The position numbers and the translations under genes were made by a program. The notes under the pieces were generated by a model. That model was not told the origin of the DNA. It made no database searches and saw only the letters and a list, made by a program, of their open reading frames with translations. A stretch of DNA of 64,000 nucleotides from NCBI RefSeq assembly GCF_009914755.1, contig NC_060933.1. One strand, 5' to 3'. Origin of the DNA: the human T2T-CHM13v2.0 reference genome, Homo sapiens. Of this stretch, positions 1 through 14,596 are shown piece by piece; position 1 is the stretch's first letter, and the number at the start of each line of letters is the position of its first letter.

Positions 1-180
1 CAGGCTACCTCAGTCCTTGCAAATGATCTTGCTTGACTCCTACTTTACTGAGATGATGAAGCTCTCAATCTACCCTCTTCTTTATGCTCATCCTTAACCT
101 ATCTATCTCATTCCCTCTGTATTCCTATCTCAAGAAAAAACAGGTTGTCTTTCCTGCCAAGGCTATCCCTACATCTTTGA

Positions 181-340
181 TCTCCTTTCTTCTCTCCCTC
201 CTTCCTTCCTTCCCTCCCTCCCTTCTTCCCTTCCTCCTTCCTTCCCTCCCTCCTTCATTCTCTCTTTTCTTCCTTCTTTCCTTCCTTCCCTCCTCCCTTC
301 CTTCTTTTCCTTCCTCCTTCTCTCCCTCCCTTCTCTCTCT
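181..340. repeat. Polypyrimidine (CCTT/CCTC)n low-complexity tract
   Basis: Near-pure C/T tract; explains the spurious S/L/P/F-rich ORF 84..473. Confidence 0.9.
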
Positions 341-442
341 GAACCTTGCTCAGTTCTCTTCTCCCTTAGATCAGCAGTTCTCTACATGTGCCCTGTCTCT
401 TCTTTTTATTATAAATAGATTCAGTTCTCTCCTGCCCTATAG

Positions 443-752
<310 letters not shown>

Positions 753-774
753 AAAACAAACCGTCTTTAAGCAT

Positions 775-1299
775 TATATTTTAGTTATCTATTGCTGCAT
801 AATATATTGCTTCAAGACTTAGTGACTTGAAACAACCATAAGTATTTCTCATCTCCCATGGTTTCTATGAGTCTGGCATTGAGTGGCAGCTTGGTTGGGC
901 AGTTCTGGCTTGGGGTCTGTCAAAAGTTGCATTCAGGTCAGCTGAGGCTGCAGTATCTGAAGGGTTAATGGAAATGGAGGATCCACTTCTGAGGTAGCTC
1001 ACTGCCGAAGCTGGCAAATTTGTGTTGACAAGTGGAGTCCTCTCTGTGTAAGCATCTCCACAGGGCTGCCTGAGTGTTCTCATAACATGGTGGCTAGCAT
1101 TATCCCACGGTGTGTGATTCATGAAGCCAATGCAGAAGCTATAATTTCTTTACGAACTAGCTTTGGAAGTCACATGCTGTTATTTCCTCTGTATTCTGTT
1201 GGTCACACAGAGCAGTCCTGGTACAACATGGCACAACAAAAGTACATGAACACTAAAAGGCAATAACGATTGGGGGCCAACTCAGAGGCTGACTACTCC
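775..1299 (-). mobile_element. MaLR LTR (MLT1F/G-like)
   Basis: ttagttatctattgctgcataa...ggctgcagtatctgaagg...ttggaagtcaca resembles the MLT1 consensus in reverse orientation. Confidence 0.7.
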
Positions 1300-1624
1300 A
1301 CCTACTAGCACTCTCTTTGTTCTCCTGTGACTTTGAAAAGGTTGCCCACCATGGCTCCAATTTCTCATCCTCTACTCTCTCAGGCAGAGTTCCTGTTTGC
1401 AAGCAATTAAAATTGACTGTAGGTATTCCAAAGAGAAGTTTATTAAAAAGATATTGTTGGAAGTGCTGGAGAACCAGAGTTGCTGAAGTTGAGTCTCCAA
1501 AAAGAATGCCCAAAACCAGGCCACAAGACTGGGCAGAAGAACCAAAATTTCCCTTGCTGTGGCCACTGCTACTGCTGTTGCTCAAAAAGCCAAAGTTTCT
1601 GCTGCCACTCGCCCAACAAAAATA

Positions 1625-2479
1625 CAGCTAATCCTTGAACAACACAGGTTTGAAATGCACTTATACATGGATTTTTTTTTGCATGGATTTTTTTCAACAA
1701 AAGTTACACTGAGTGTGCTTGTGTCTCCTGCTTCCTGTTCCACGTCTTCTGCTTCTGCCACCCCTGAGACAGAAAGACCAGCCCCTCCTCTTCCTCCTCC
1801 TTCTCAGCCTGATCAGCATGAGGATGACAAGGATGAAGACCTTTATGATGATCCGCTTCCACTAAGTGAATAGTGTATTAGTTCGTTCTCACACTGCTAT
1901 AAAGACATACCCGAGACTGATTAATTTATAAAGAAAAGAGGTTTAATTGACTTATAGTTATGCATGGCTGGGGAGGCCTCAGGAAACTTACAGTCATGGC
2001 GGAAGGGGAAGAGGCACGTCTTACATGGTGGCAGGCGAGAGAGAGAAGAGGGAACAAGGGAGGAGCTTCCAAACAGTTATAAAACCATCAGATCTCTTGA
2101 GAACTCACTCACTATCATGAGAACAGCATGAGGGAAACCACCTGCATGATCCGATCACCTCCCACCTGGTCCCTCCCTCAATAACTGGGGATTACAACTC
2201 AAGATGAGATTTGGGTGGGAATACAAAGCCTAGCCATATCAAATAGTAAATATATTTTCTTATTATTATTTTCTTAATGACATTTTCTTTTCTCTAGCAT
2301 ATTTTATTGTAAAAATACAGTATATAATACATATATAAAATATGTGTCAACTGTTTATATAGGCTTCCAGTCAATAGTAGGCTATTACTACTTAAGTTTT
2401 GGGGAATAAAAAGTAATACATGGATTTTTGACAGCACAGGGGTCATTGCCCCAGCCCCATGTTGTTCAAGGGTCAACTG
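1625..2479. mobile_element. Tigger2a/MER28-type non-autonomous DNA transposon, interrupted by a THE1 LTR
   Basis: TIRs cagctaatccttgaacaacac / gttgttcaagggtcaactg with TA on both sides. Confidence 0.85.
1874..2241 (-). mobile_element. THE1 (MaLR) solo LTR
   Basis: tgtattagt...ccatatca, 368 bp, perfect 5-bp TSD aatag (1869-1873 / 2242-2246). Confidence 0.9.
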
Positions 2480-2748
2480 TAGTAAAAGATCCCACAAGAA
2501 AGTCTCTTTCTCAAGCTGTTGGTTTGTGAACAGGTGGTTAATATGGGTGTATCTGATGAGAAGCTGCATACATCACATTCCTGCATCTCAGCTGCTAGAG
2601 AGGCTGAGAATCTCAATTTTCTGAGTTCTGTTTTGGTGAGGCAAGATGCAAAAGGCTAGAAATATCCCAAACATAATAAGAGTTTTCAGAAAGCGTAGGC
2701 CACCCAAAAAGAATGACAAACTGTCTGCAATATCCTCTTCCTTCTTAA

Positions 2749-3234
<486 letters not shown>

Positions 3235-3925
3235 ATGCCTTTGATTTATTAAGGAAGTTTCTCCAGAGGAGTCAGGTTAGGAGGTGGGGGACATAGGACA
3301 GCAGGGTCCTACATAAGGCCCTACATGACTGTGCTCTGTCTCCCCAACTTCATCTCACCACACATTCCCCTTGCTCACAAAGCTCCCTCCACAGCAATCT
3401 GCTCCCTGCTGCTGCTACACACCATGCCCTTTCTTGCTTGAGAGCTACTGTCGTTGCTCTTCCCTCCACCTGAAGACATTTCCCCTGGCGTGGGACATGG
3501 TCCTCATCATCCTTCGGGCCTCAGTTCCCTTGGCATCCTATCTCAGTGGCCTTTTCACTCCTTCCCCAGGTGGTAGCAATCATATCACTCTGTATATGTC
3601 CCTCAAAGCCTCTATGATAATCCAGAATTATTAATGGATTTGTTCAAATGTTATTGTCTCCCTTCCCCAAAGAAAATTGAAAGTTGCCTGAAAAGGATTG
3701 CCTAATAAATATGTTGGGAGTCAACAACAATTCTTAGATCTTGGTAGGCATTCCAAAAATAAGTGTTAAAGGAATGAATGGAAGAGTATGCTTTGAAGAA
3801 GGAAGATGTTGTTAAACAGGACAACAAAACACAACATTATAAATCAATAGATAATTTAACCTCATAAAAGTTTAAAACTTCTGTATTTTAAAAGATGAGT
3901 AAACCTATTGAAAAGTGAAAAAAAA

Positions 3926-4255
<330 letters not shown>

Positions 4256-4505
4256 TCAAGAACCCCTACCAAGTTAAGCGACTGATCTCACACAAATAAG
4301 AGGATTTCACTTTATTAAAAGTAAAAAGAGGCCCAGAATTCCAATAAAAAGAGAGTAAGATTACTATTAATGATTATGGCTTAATTAGCTCCAAATAAAC
4401 AATGATGATTTTTAGTGTTCCTACCAAATCTCCATCAAACACTGGAATTATTTCCTTGCCTCTCCTCACTACACCCACCCCAACTTTTCAACCCAATGTA
4501 TCCCT

Positions 4506-4859
4506 TGTTAAGTTTAGCTTAAAGCTGCCTCCTTACCTCAAAAGGTTCCTCTGTACATAGTGAACTGTAACCTATCTGAATGTGTAAACAGACTGTAACC
4601 TACTATTGTATTAATTGTGGAGTTTCAGCCAATCACAGACAGCCAACTGTACAAACTGTGTTTAAATAAGGCCAAGCTGTAACCAGTCCTGCTGTTCCTG
4701 TGCCTCACTTCCTTTTTCTGTCCATAAATTCTCTGACCACTGGGCAGTGCCATAGTCTTTCTGAACCTATTCTGGCTAGGAGGCTGCCCAATTCAAGAAT
4801 CGTTCTTTGCTCAGCTAAACTCTGTTCAAAATAATTTGTTTAAAGTTTTTCTTTTAACA
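4506..4859 (+). mobile_element. ERV1 solo LTR (MER57-like)
   Basis: tgttaagtttagcttaaagctgcctcc...cttttaaca, CCAAT boxes, 4-bp TSD ccct. Confidence 0.8.
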
Positions 4860-5009
4860 CCCTAAGCTACCTCTGCTCACATAGAAATTTGCATATTCCC
4901 CTAAGAGAATATGATCTTAACCACTGGAAATTTAGGGCTTTGGGGAAGGAATGTTGACTTATTTGTCTTCATATCCCAGGGTCAGTGTGATACTTGTCAC
5001 AAAATAGGT

Positions 5010-5883
5010 CCTAACACTTGGGATATCTGCAGAGTCTCAGTGCAGATACTACTTAGCCCAGGGGCCTGATGGCCAGGCTGATTCTCTCCTTTCCGTTCGG
5101 AGTCCTCTGCCGCAAACACGCTCCGCCGGATCATCAGTCAGGCCAAGAAGCATCCGAGCTTGATCACCCTCTTTGTATTTATTGGAGCTTTGTATTTATT
5201 GGAGATACTGGAGCAGCACTGTATGTCTTGCGTCTGGCATTGTTCAATCCAAATGTTAGTTGGGACAGAAAGAATAACCCAGAGCCCTGGAACAAGCTGG
5301 GTCCCAATGATTAATACAAGTTCTACTCAGTGAATGTGGATTACAGCAAACTGAAGAAAGAAGGTCCATATTTCTAAATGAAATGTTTCACTATGAAGCT
5401 GCTTTAGAATGAAGGTCTTCCAGAAGCCATCCTCACAATTTTCCACTTAACCAGGAAATATTTATCCTCTGAATTCATGAAATCATGTTGATGTAATCTA
5501 TTGGAGATTACACTGATTAATAAATAACTGAAACTTGGCAAGGTGTGGTGGCTTACACCAATAATCCTAGCACTTTGGGAGGCCGGGGCAGGTGAATCAC
5601 CTGAGGTCAGGAGTTTGAGACGAGCCTGACGCACATGGTGAAACCCTGCCTCTACTAAAAATACAAAAATTAGCTGGGTGTGGGGGCATGCACCTGTAAT
5701 CTCAGCTACTCAGGAGTCTGAGACAGGAGAATCACTTGAACCCAGGAGGCAGAGATTGCAGTGAACCGAGTTGACGCCACTACACTCCAGGCTGGGTGCA
5801 CCACTGCACTCCAGGCTGGGCAACAGAGCAAGACTCCATCTCAAAATAAATAAATAAATAAATAACTGAAACTTGAAAAAAAA
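5010..5883 (+). pseudogene. NDUFA4: Processed pseudogene of NDUFA4/COXFA4 (cytochrome c oxidase subunit), with an Alu inserted at its 3' end
   Basis: Intronless. 5' UTR-like ...ctctgccgcaaac, start codon mutated to ACG (5118-5120), encodes (T)[22 protein letters not shown] / [54 protein letters not shown]. Frameshifting 17-bp tandem repeat 5171-5204, premature TAA 5312-5314, native stop 5375-5377, 3' UTR with AATAAA, short poly-A 5876-5883, candidate TSD aaaataggt (5001-5009 / 5880-5888). Confidence 0.95.
5537..5859 (+). mobile_element. AluS with internal 24-bp tandem duplication
   Basis: TSD aaataactgaaactt (5522-5536 / 5860-5874); ccact(a/g)cactccaggctggg repeated at 5775-5820. Confidence 0.95.
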
Positions 5884-6189
5884 TAGGTTTTAGGGGGGCA
5901 AGAGCAGTAACTGCAGGAGAAAACCTCCTGAGCTGATAAGAGGAAATGAAGCCCAAGAGCAAAGTGGAGGTGTTGGCCTTCCTTCTTTATAATCAACGGG
6001 AGTGTGTGGAGGCAGAGGCAGTGCCAGACAAGGGAGTGTGTACATGCTTAAGGCTTTCTATGTCCTCTTGTTGAATATCAGGCACATGGAGACAAATGTG
6101 AAAGATCTGACAGGAGTGAAGGTGTGAAGTGGTCAAACAAGACAGTGGAAAAACTAATATACTAGGGATGCTTAATAAGGTTACTGGGT

Positions 6190-6981
<792 letters not shown>

Positions 6982-7051
6982 ATAAGGTTCCTGGGTGGCA
7001 TTGAACGTACAGTTGAGATTCATGATCATGAAACTAAAGCAAGAACTGGTT

Positions 7052-7355
<304 letters not shown>

Positions 7356-7971
7356 AAGAACCAGTCAACACAATTGTGTGCTATTGTCCAGCAATAATTA
7401 TCTGCCCAAGTGAAGGAACAGAAGAGGCAGAGAATGGGATTTAATCAAGATTGCATGTTTGCTAGAGGAGTAAGCCATTGAAGAAAGGGCCTACAAAATT
7501 CATGGAATGTGCAAGAGGTGATTAGTATGAGGGACCATCTACTCTAACCTTAGTAAGGGAAATGAAAATGCAATAAAGTGCCTGATTGTGAAAATACACT
7601 AGGATCAAAGGATTAGAGGCCTTGTTGAGACTGAAGAATTTTTGGAGTGAAGACACTGGCATTAGAGATGTAGAGGATGGGAGGTGGTGGTCAGATATTG
7701 GGATACTGAAGTTGATTTTTAGTAATTATGCATTTAAGATGATGAATTGTTCATGTTATGGCCATGGTGATCAATAGTTTAGGTAGGATAAAAAAATATT
7801 TAAAGAGGTAGAGAAACTGAAACTCATATGCAAGATGGATCATCACGAGGTTGGGGAAATCTCAAAAAATTGAGTGGAGAGATGAGTTTTGAATAAGTGA
7901 GCCGTTAAATGCTTTGAAGGTGTGAAGACCATTTAATCTTCTTAAGAATTCTACATAAAATTCAAGAATTT

Positions 7972-8267
7972 GGCCAGACACGTCTGTAATCCTAGCACAT
8001 TGGGAGACTGAGATCGGCATATCACCTGAGCCCAGGAGCTTGAGACCAGCCTGGGCAATATGATGAAACCCCGTCTCTACAAGAAAATACAAAAATTAAC
8101 TGGGTGTGGTGACACATACATATGGTCCCTGCTACTCAGGGGGCCGAGGTGGGAGGATCACCTGAGCTGGGGGGATGTTGAGGCTGCAGTGAGCCACGAT
8201 TGAGCCACTGCCCTCCAACCTGGGCAGTGAGAGAGGCCCTGACTCAAAAAAAAAAAAAAAAAAAAAA
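7972..8267 (+). mobile_element. AluJ
   Basis: J diagnostics (tgagcccaggag, gaggctgcagtgagcc), poly-A. Confidence 0.9.
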
Positions 8268-8391
8268 GAAATTCAGAAATTTTATCTCTACTTAAAGAAG
8301 AAGGTGTTTTGAATAATTGCCTGAAGTCATGCAAGGTAAGTGCTTCAGCTGGAGTTCGAACCTAAGTTTCTCTGACTCCAAAGCTTATTAA

Positions 8392-8692
<301 letters not shown>

Positions 8693-10991
8693 TTAAATTC
8701 TTTCTCTGCCAGTATACATCTTCCATTTTTCATTGGTAAGACCAAGCAGAAGAGAGTTAAGGCATGATTCATGACACGCTCCAATAGTGAATTCTGAGCT
8801 CAGAAGAGAAAATAAATCTCAGCAAAAAAATATATATACATATTTTATTATATATATATAATAAAAATCCTGCTGAAATGCTTGGGGCAGGGGCAGGGCG
8901 GGGGTGGAATCAGACCCTAGAAATGTTTAATCTTGTGGATATCATTAATTTTTAGACACTATAGTAGAAATGTGAGTTAACTGCTCGGAGGGATAAATGA
9001 GGTTCTAGAAGTGAAAGTAAGTAATTGAATCACAGAATCATAGAGCTGGAAGGGATCTTAGTAAATATTTCATTCATTCATTTTCTGCTTAGAATACTGA
9101 TACTCAAAAAAGTTAAGTGACTTGTGTAAATTCACAAAGCTAGGTGGTAATGTAAAGTCTAACCCAGGTAATGTAAGGACCACCAGCCCGTTCCATCACA
9201 TAGACTGTGGTTTTTTCTTCCCACTCCAAAGGATTTTAAGTCTGAATTCTTGAGACTGTATTCCTTTCCTAGAAAGGGCATACTTCCCCAAAAGTTAAAT
9301 GCACTGTGCTTGAGAGTCTTCTCCAAGGTGTATTTGGCATGACTGGTATTCATGTGGCCTCTTTATGCTCGATTTTTCTGATGGCTGGCCACCTCTTACA
9401 TCCAGGAACAACCTACTTTGTAGAAACCATGACTGTAACCTGCTCTAAACCTGTGGTCAAATCTTGCCAGAGGCAACAGTCCTCTTCCTAATGGGATCTT
9501 TCCCATGACTCTGTTGAGGAACTGGAAAGTCCAGTTTCTGTGGTCAAGAGAGAAATCCTAATCATTGAGCACTAAAATGTGAGACCATAGAGGACCCTCA
9601 CCGCTGATATTCGAAAGGCTGAAAATGCACTGTCTCAGCCTCCTCAGTGAAAGCAGACTCAGCAGATGAGTGTGTTCCTGTACCTTCCAGCTTTATGCTT
9701 TTCCTGTGGTTGACAGAAAGGAGCTGGAGTGGATTGGAGGAGAAGCTGAGATGGATTAGGAAACTACTTCCTTTTCTACAAGCTTACTTCAGGAATAGTC
9801 AATCAAGGCTCTTCAACGTGACTAAACATTGCGTTAAGCATCCTTTGGCTTGAAGACATCAGCTTTCTAAAATGAGGGCTATTAAGGCAAGTGGCTGTGT
9901 AGGGCCTCATGCATTATGAATTTGCTAGTCATGGATGAATACAAATTACCTTGCAATCAGGACACAGCTGGTAATTAGAAACAACTCTTCTTTTGATTCA
10001 ATTAACCACCTGAAGAAATTAGGTTTTGATTTAGATTTGGGTTGGAATGCTGTAGTCCCCTTTAAAACAAGGAGAAAAATGGACAATTCTGAAGCGTAGA
10101 ACATCTCTTCCAGATTTGCAACAGGGAAGTTCTCTCCATTATGGTTAAAAATCAATAAATTAAAAGAAAATGACCCACCATGTGTCATTGTTGTGAATAA
10201 TTGCCATTGATCAGCTCAGGAGGGAGAATGGGGCAGAATAGCTTCCATTTCCGAAATCAGATCTTCCCCACAGTTGAGACAGCCTCCTGCTCTAACTGGT
10301 TTGACAAGAGGAGACTGACCTACGGTTGGGAAGCTGGCCAGTGATTACCCAGGGAGTAGGTAGCAGCTCAAAGGTGGAAACACAGAGGTCCTTATTTTCC
10401 AATCCACTGCACACTGCCTATAGCACACAACACCCACAGATGTGCAAAACGAAGGAGGAAATGTGTGACCTCTTCTGAACTGAATCTTGTTGTCCTCTCT
10501 GAGCTTAGGACTCTACTGAAATGCTAGATAGAAGCAGAATGTGTTCCCCCACCTCCACCCATGACAAGACAAGTGCTTTAATAAAATCTAAGAAATGTGG
10601 TCCACATCCCAGAAGAAAGGTGTTGCCTAGCAGCAGTGACCTTTAAAGAAAGGCCAGACAGACTTTTCCTAAAGGATTTTTAGGATATTGGGAGTCAAGT
10701 TTCCTGATGATTTATCTAAATATAGTACTGAGAATTTACCACCTGCATTATTGGAGGGAGCCTTTGAATACTCAGCCTCCAAAGATAAATATTAATAATA
10801 ATGTCCAACACGTACTTGGTGCATTGTTTCACAAAGCATGGTACACATCCCTGTACAGATGCCACAGATGGTATGCAAAGTGATTTTAGGTACTATCTGA
10901 TGAATATTTGTTATTTTATAGGTTATGTAATTGTTTTAAAATGTGTTTGAAAACGTAACCATTTCACCATTCATCAGATTGAATGAAGATA

Positions 10992-11140
10992 GACTGGGTG
11001 TGTGGGCTGAGGCAGGAGGATCACTTGAGCTCAGGAGTTCAAGGCTACAGTGAGCTATGATTGTACGATTGCAGCACTGCAATCTGGCCTGGGTGACAGA
11101 GCAAGACCCTGTCTCTCAAAGAAAATTTAAAAAATACAAA
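10992..11140 (+). mobile_element. Alu right monomer (FRAM/AluJ fragment)
   Basis: ggaggatcacttgagctcaggagttcaaggctacagtgagc...ctgtctc plus A-rich tail. Confidence 0.85.
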
Positions 11141-11384
11141 AAGAATAAACAGAGTTGATTAGGATGAAACTAAGTTTTAAGAAGTGATTTAAATAAACTC
11201 AGTTTTAATGTTTAACTAAAGAAGAGCCAGTTTTAAATATGGCTGACATTTTGCAAGGAATAATTTGGTGCTTGTTTTGTTCTAGGCACTTTGTACAGGA
11301 TTGCAGTCTCTCCTTCATTCCTTGTTTTTCTGGAAACTCAGGCTAATCATATCTGTGAGTTGGTGAAATGGAACTTACTCGGGT

Positions 11385-12034
<650 letters not shown>

Positions 12035-12099
12035 TTAGAATTATTTCAGGGTTGTGATAGATACCAATTCATGAAGACAGACAGTGTACATCTTTTCCC

Positions 12100-12192
12100 A
12101 ACTCTGCATTCAGGGACAGTACATTGGTAGCTTGAAACTGGCCATCATGAGAGTATTTGCACCACAGATATTGGCAAATTCTATAAGTTAGG
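12100..12192 (+). mobile_element. hAT MER63-like fragment
   Basis: ttggtagcttgaaactggccatcatgagagtatttgcaccacagatattggcaaa. Confidence 0.6.
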
Positions 12193-12197
12193 AACCA

Positions 12198-12322
12198 GTG
12201 GTGGTGGCATGGCCTGTAGTCCCAACTACTTGGGAGGCTGAGGTGGGAGAATCACTTGAGCCCAAAAGTTTGAGACCAGACTGGGCAACATAGCAATAAT
12301 CCATCTCTTTAAAAAAAAAAAA
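12198..12322 (+). mobile_element. FLAM-type Alu monomer
   Basis: Monomeric Alu ending gggcaacatagcaa...ctct plus poly-A. Confidence 0.85.
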
Positions 12323-12616
12323 GTGTTAAATTAGGGGTTGGTTTTTGCTTTTTCTGGAGAAAATATTTAACAACCCTGCTGTTAAGTATTTTACCAAATA
12401 AAGTTGTATTCAACCTGATCTTAAAGTCTACCTGCAACAGATTGCTAGGTCCCTACAGAACCAGAAACATCCACCTAACCATTAGCTATAAGTATGATAG
12501 CAGAAGAGTATTGCATGGGATAGGACCTTCATAAGGGGGCAGGATTTTAAAGTATCTCTTTATTTGTTTGTTTAAAATAATATTTATCCCTACCTTCCTT
12601 CCATTCATTCATTCAT

Positions 12617-12897
12617 TCTTTTTAGTTCTTCAACTTTTCCTTCAAGCTCCAGGGTACATGTGCAGGATGTGCAGGTCTGTTACATAGGTAAACGTGTGCC
12701 ATGGTGGTTTGCTGCACAGGTCATCCCATCACCTAGATGTTAAGCCCAGCATCCATTAGCTATTCTTCCTGATGCTCTCCCTCTCCTCACTCCATCCCCG
12801 AGAGGCCCCAGCGTGTGTTGTTCCCCACTATATGTCCGTGTGTCTTCTCATTCAGCTCCCACTTATAAGAGAGAACATGCGGTGTTTGGTTTTCTGT
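12617..12897 (-). mobile_element. L1PA 3' end fragment
   Basis: gggtacatgtgcaggatgtgcagg...ccacttataagagagaacatgcggtgtttggttttctg. Confidence 0.9.
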
Positions 12898-13160
12898 CAA
12901 AATATCTACTTTTGTTACATGGCTAAAAGTGAGCCATTGACTTTTTAAAGAGATGCCTGGCCAGTATATTTTTCAAATGCTACCAGAAAATCAATCTGTT
13001 CTCTACCCATTTATGCTACAAACCATTCTTAACACACTGTAACTAACTGAAATCTGATTCATAATAAACACCAGGCTAATATCAAAAGAGAAGAGAAGTG
13101 GAGATGTCACAAGAAGTCAATAAGCAAGCTAAAGATGGTGTGAAGGGGGAGGGGAATAAT

Positions 13161-13173
13161 GTTGCTAGGCAAC
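13161..13173. promoter_or_regulatory. Candidate RFX X-box GTTGCTAGGCAAC
   Basis: Quasi-palindromic X-box in apparently unique sequence; motif match only. Confidence 0.45.
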
Positions 13174-13847
13174 CATCCCTAGTAGTTAATTCACATGTGT
13201 AGATACGAGAGCCTTGTTTTCCTCAGCACCAGCTAGCCCCAGTGTTTCCCCACTACCTACTTTGATGTTTCTGTAACCTACCAGAAAGTATCTGTGGGGG
13301 TCCTTAAAGTCCAGGACCCAGGGGTCAGCCTGATTGGCTAACCCCTCTAGAGATTAGAACTTCAGAAGATGTGTAAGCATTCTGCTTCCCTTTTAGATTT
13401 ATATTTGTGGCTTCCCACTTGACAAATACTACAATCTTGCATGCATAAGACTCATTACAGCAGGGCCGGCTAATTCCCCAGTGGACATTTCATCACTGAT
13501 TTCGAGCACACACCATGGACTGATGGATTACACCTTCTGTGGCAAGGGTGATCAGATTGCATTGATTCCAAGCTGAGAAAGTCACAGTTCTCACTGGGCT
13601 TCACTATTGCAGGAAGTTGGCCACTGCACGGCCTCCACATTGTATGGCTCCAGGAAATATACTTTACATTGTTGTCTAGGCTAAAGATACACTGCACAGA
13701 AATTATCAATTCCCTCACAGATGAAGAAAGCAAGGGCCTTAGAGAAAGGTGACTTCAAGCTGTTTAACTCGCTAATAGCAGAACCAGGATTATACCTCAG
13801 GTCTCTGGGTCATAATCTTTCTAATACACTAAATTGCCTGCCATATG

Positions 13848-14097
<250 letters not shown>

Positions 14098-14112
14098 AGG
14101 AAGAAGAAAATG

Positions 14113-14410
14113 GGCCAGGCACGTGACTCACACCTGTAGTCCCAACACTTTGGGAGGTCAGAGCAGGCAGATGGCTTGAGCCCAGGAGTTCAAGACCAGC
14201 TGGGGCTCAAGTCATCTGCCCACCATGTTTTACCATGTTTTTCTCTACAAAAAAACACAAAAATTAGCCAGACATGGCGGCATACACCTGCAGTCCAAGT
14301 TACTTGGGAGGCTGAGGTAGGAGGATTACCTGAGTCCAGGAGGTAGAGGCTGCAGTGAGCCATAGTCACACCACTGCACTCCGGCCTGGGCAACAGAGTG
14401 AGACCCTGTT
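14113..14410 (+). mobile_element. AluJ with internal inverted segment
   Basis: J diagnostics; 14203-14241 replaced by inverted Alu sequence. Confidence 0.88.
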
Positions 14411-14596
14411 GGAAGGAAGGAAGGAAGGAAGGAAGGAAGGAAGGAAGGAAGGAAGGAAGGAAGGAAGGAGGGAGAAGGCAAAGAAAGAGAAAGAAAGAAG
14501 GGGAAAGAAAGGAAGAAAGAAATGAAGGAAGGAAAGAAAGGAGGGGAGGGGAGGGGAAGGGAGGGGAGGAGGGGGAGGAGAGGGGAGGAGAGGGGG
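14411..14596. repeat. (GGAA)14 microsatellite plus polypurine tract
   Basis: 14 uninterrupted GGAA at 14411-14466, followed by an almost pure G/A tract. Confidence 0.97.

Noticed and set aside
1559-1873. 104-aa ORF with a proline-rich and acidic C-terminus
   Set aside because: Lies in the Tigger2a fossil; the same sequence recurs at about 41500-41660
5431-5437. Retrocopy 3' UTR as a miR-147b/miR-210 sponge for NDUFA4
   Set aside because: The shared seed match (CGCACA, as I recall it in the parent UTR) reads CTCACA here, so the site is broken, and there is no evidence of transcription
8843-8866. 24-bp perfect AT palindrome
   Set aside because: A by-product of a short (TA)n run in AT-rich sequence
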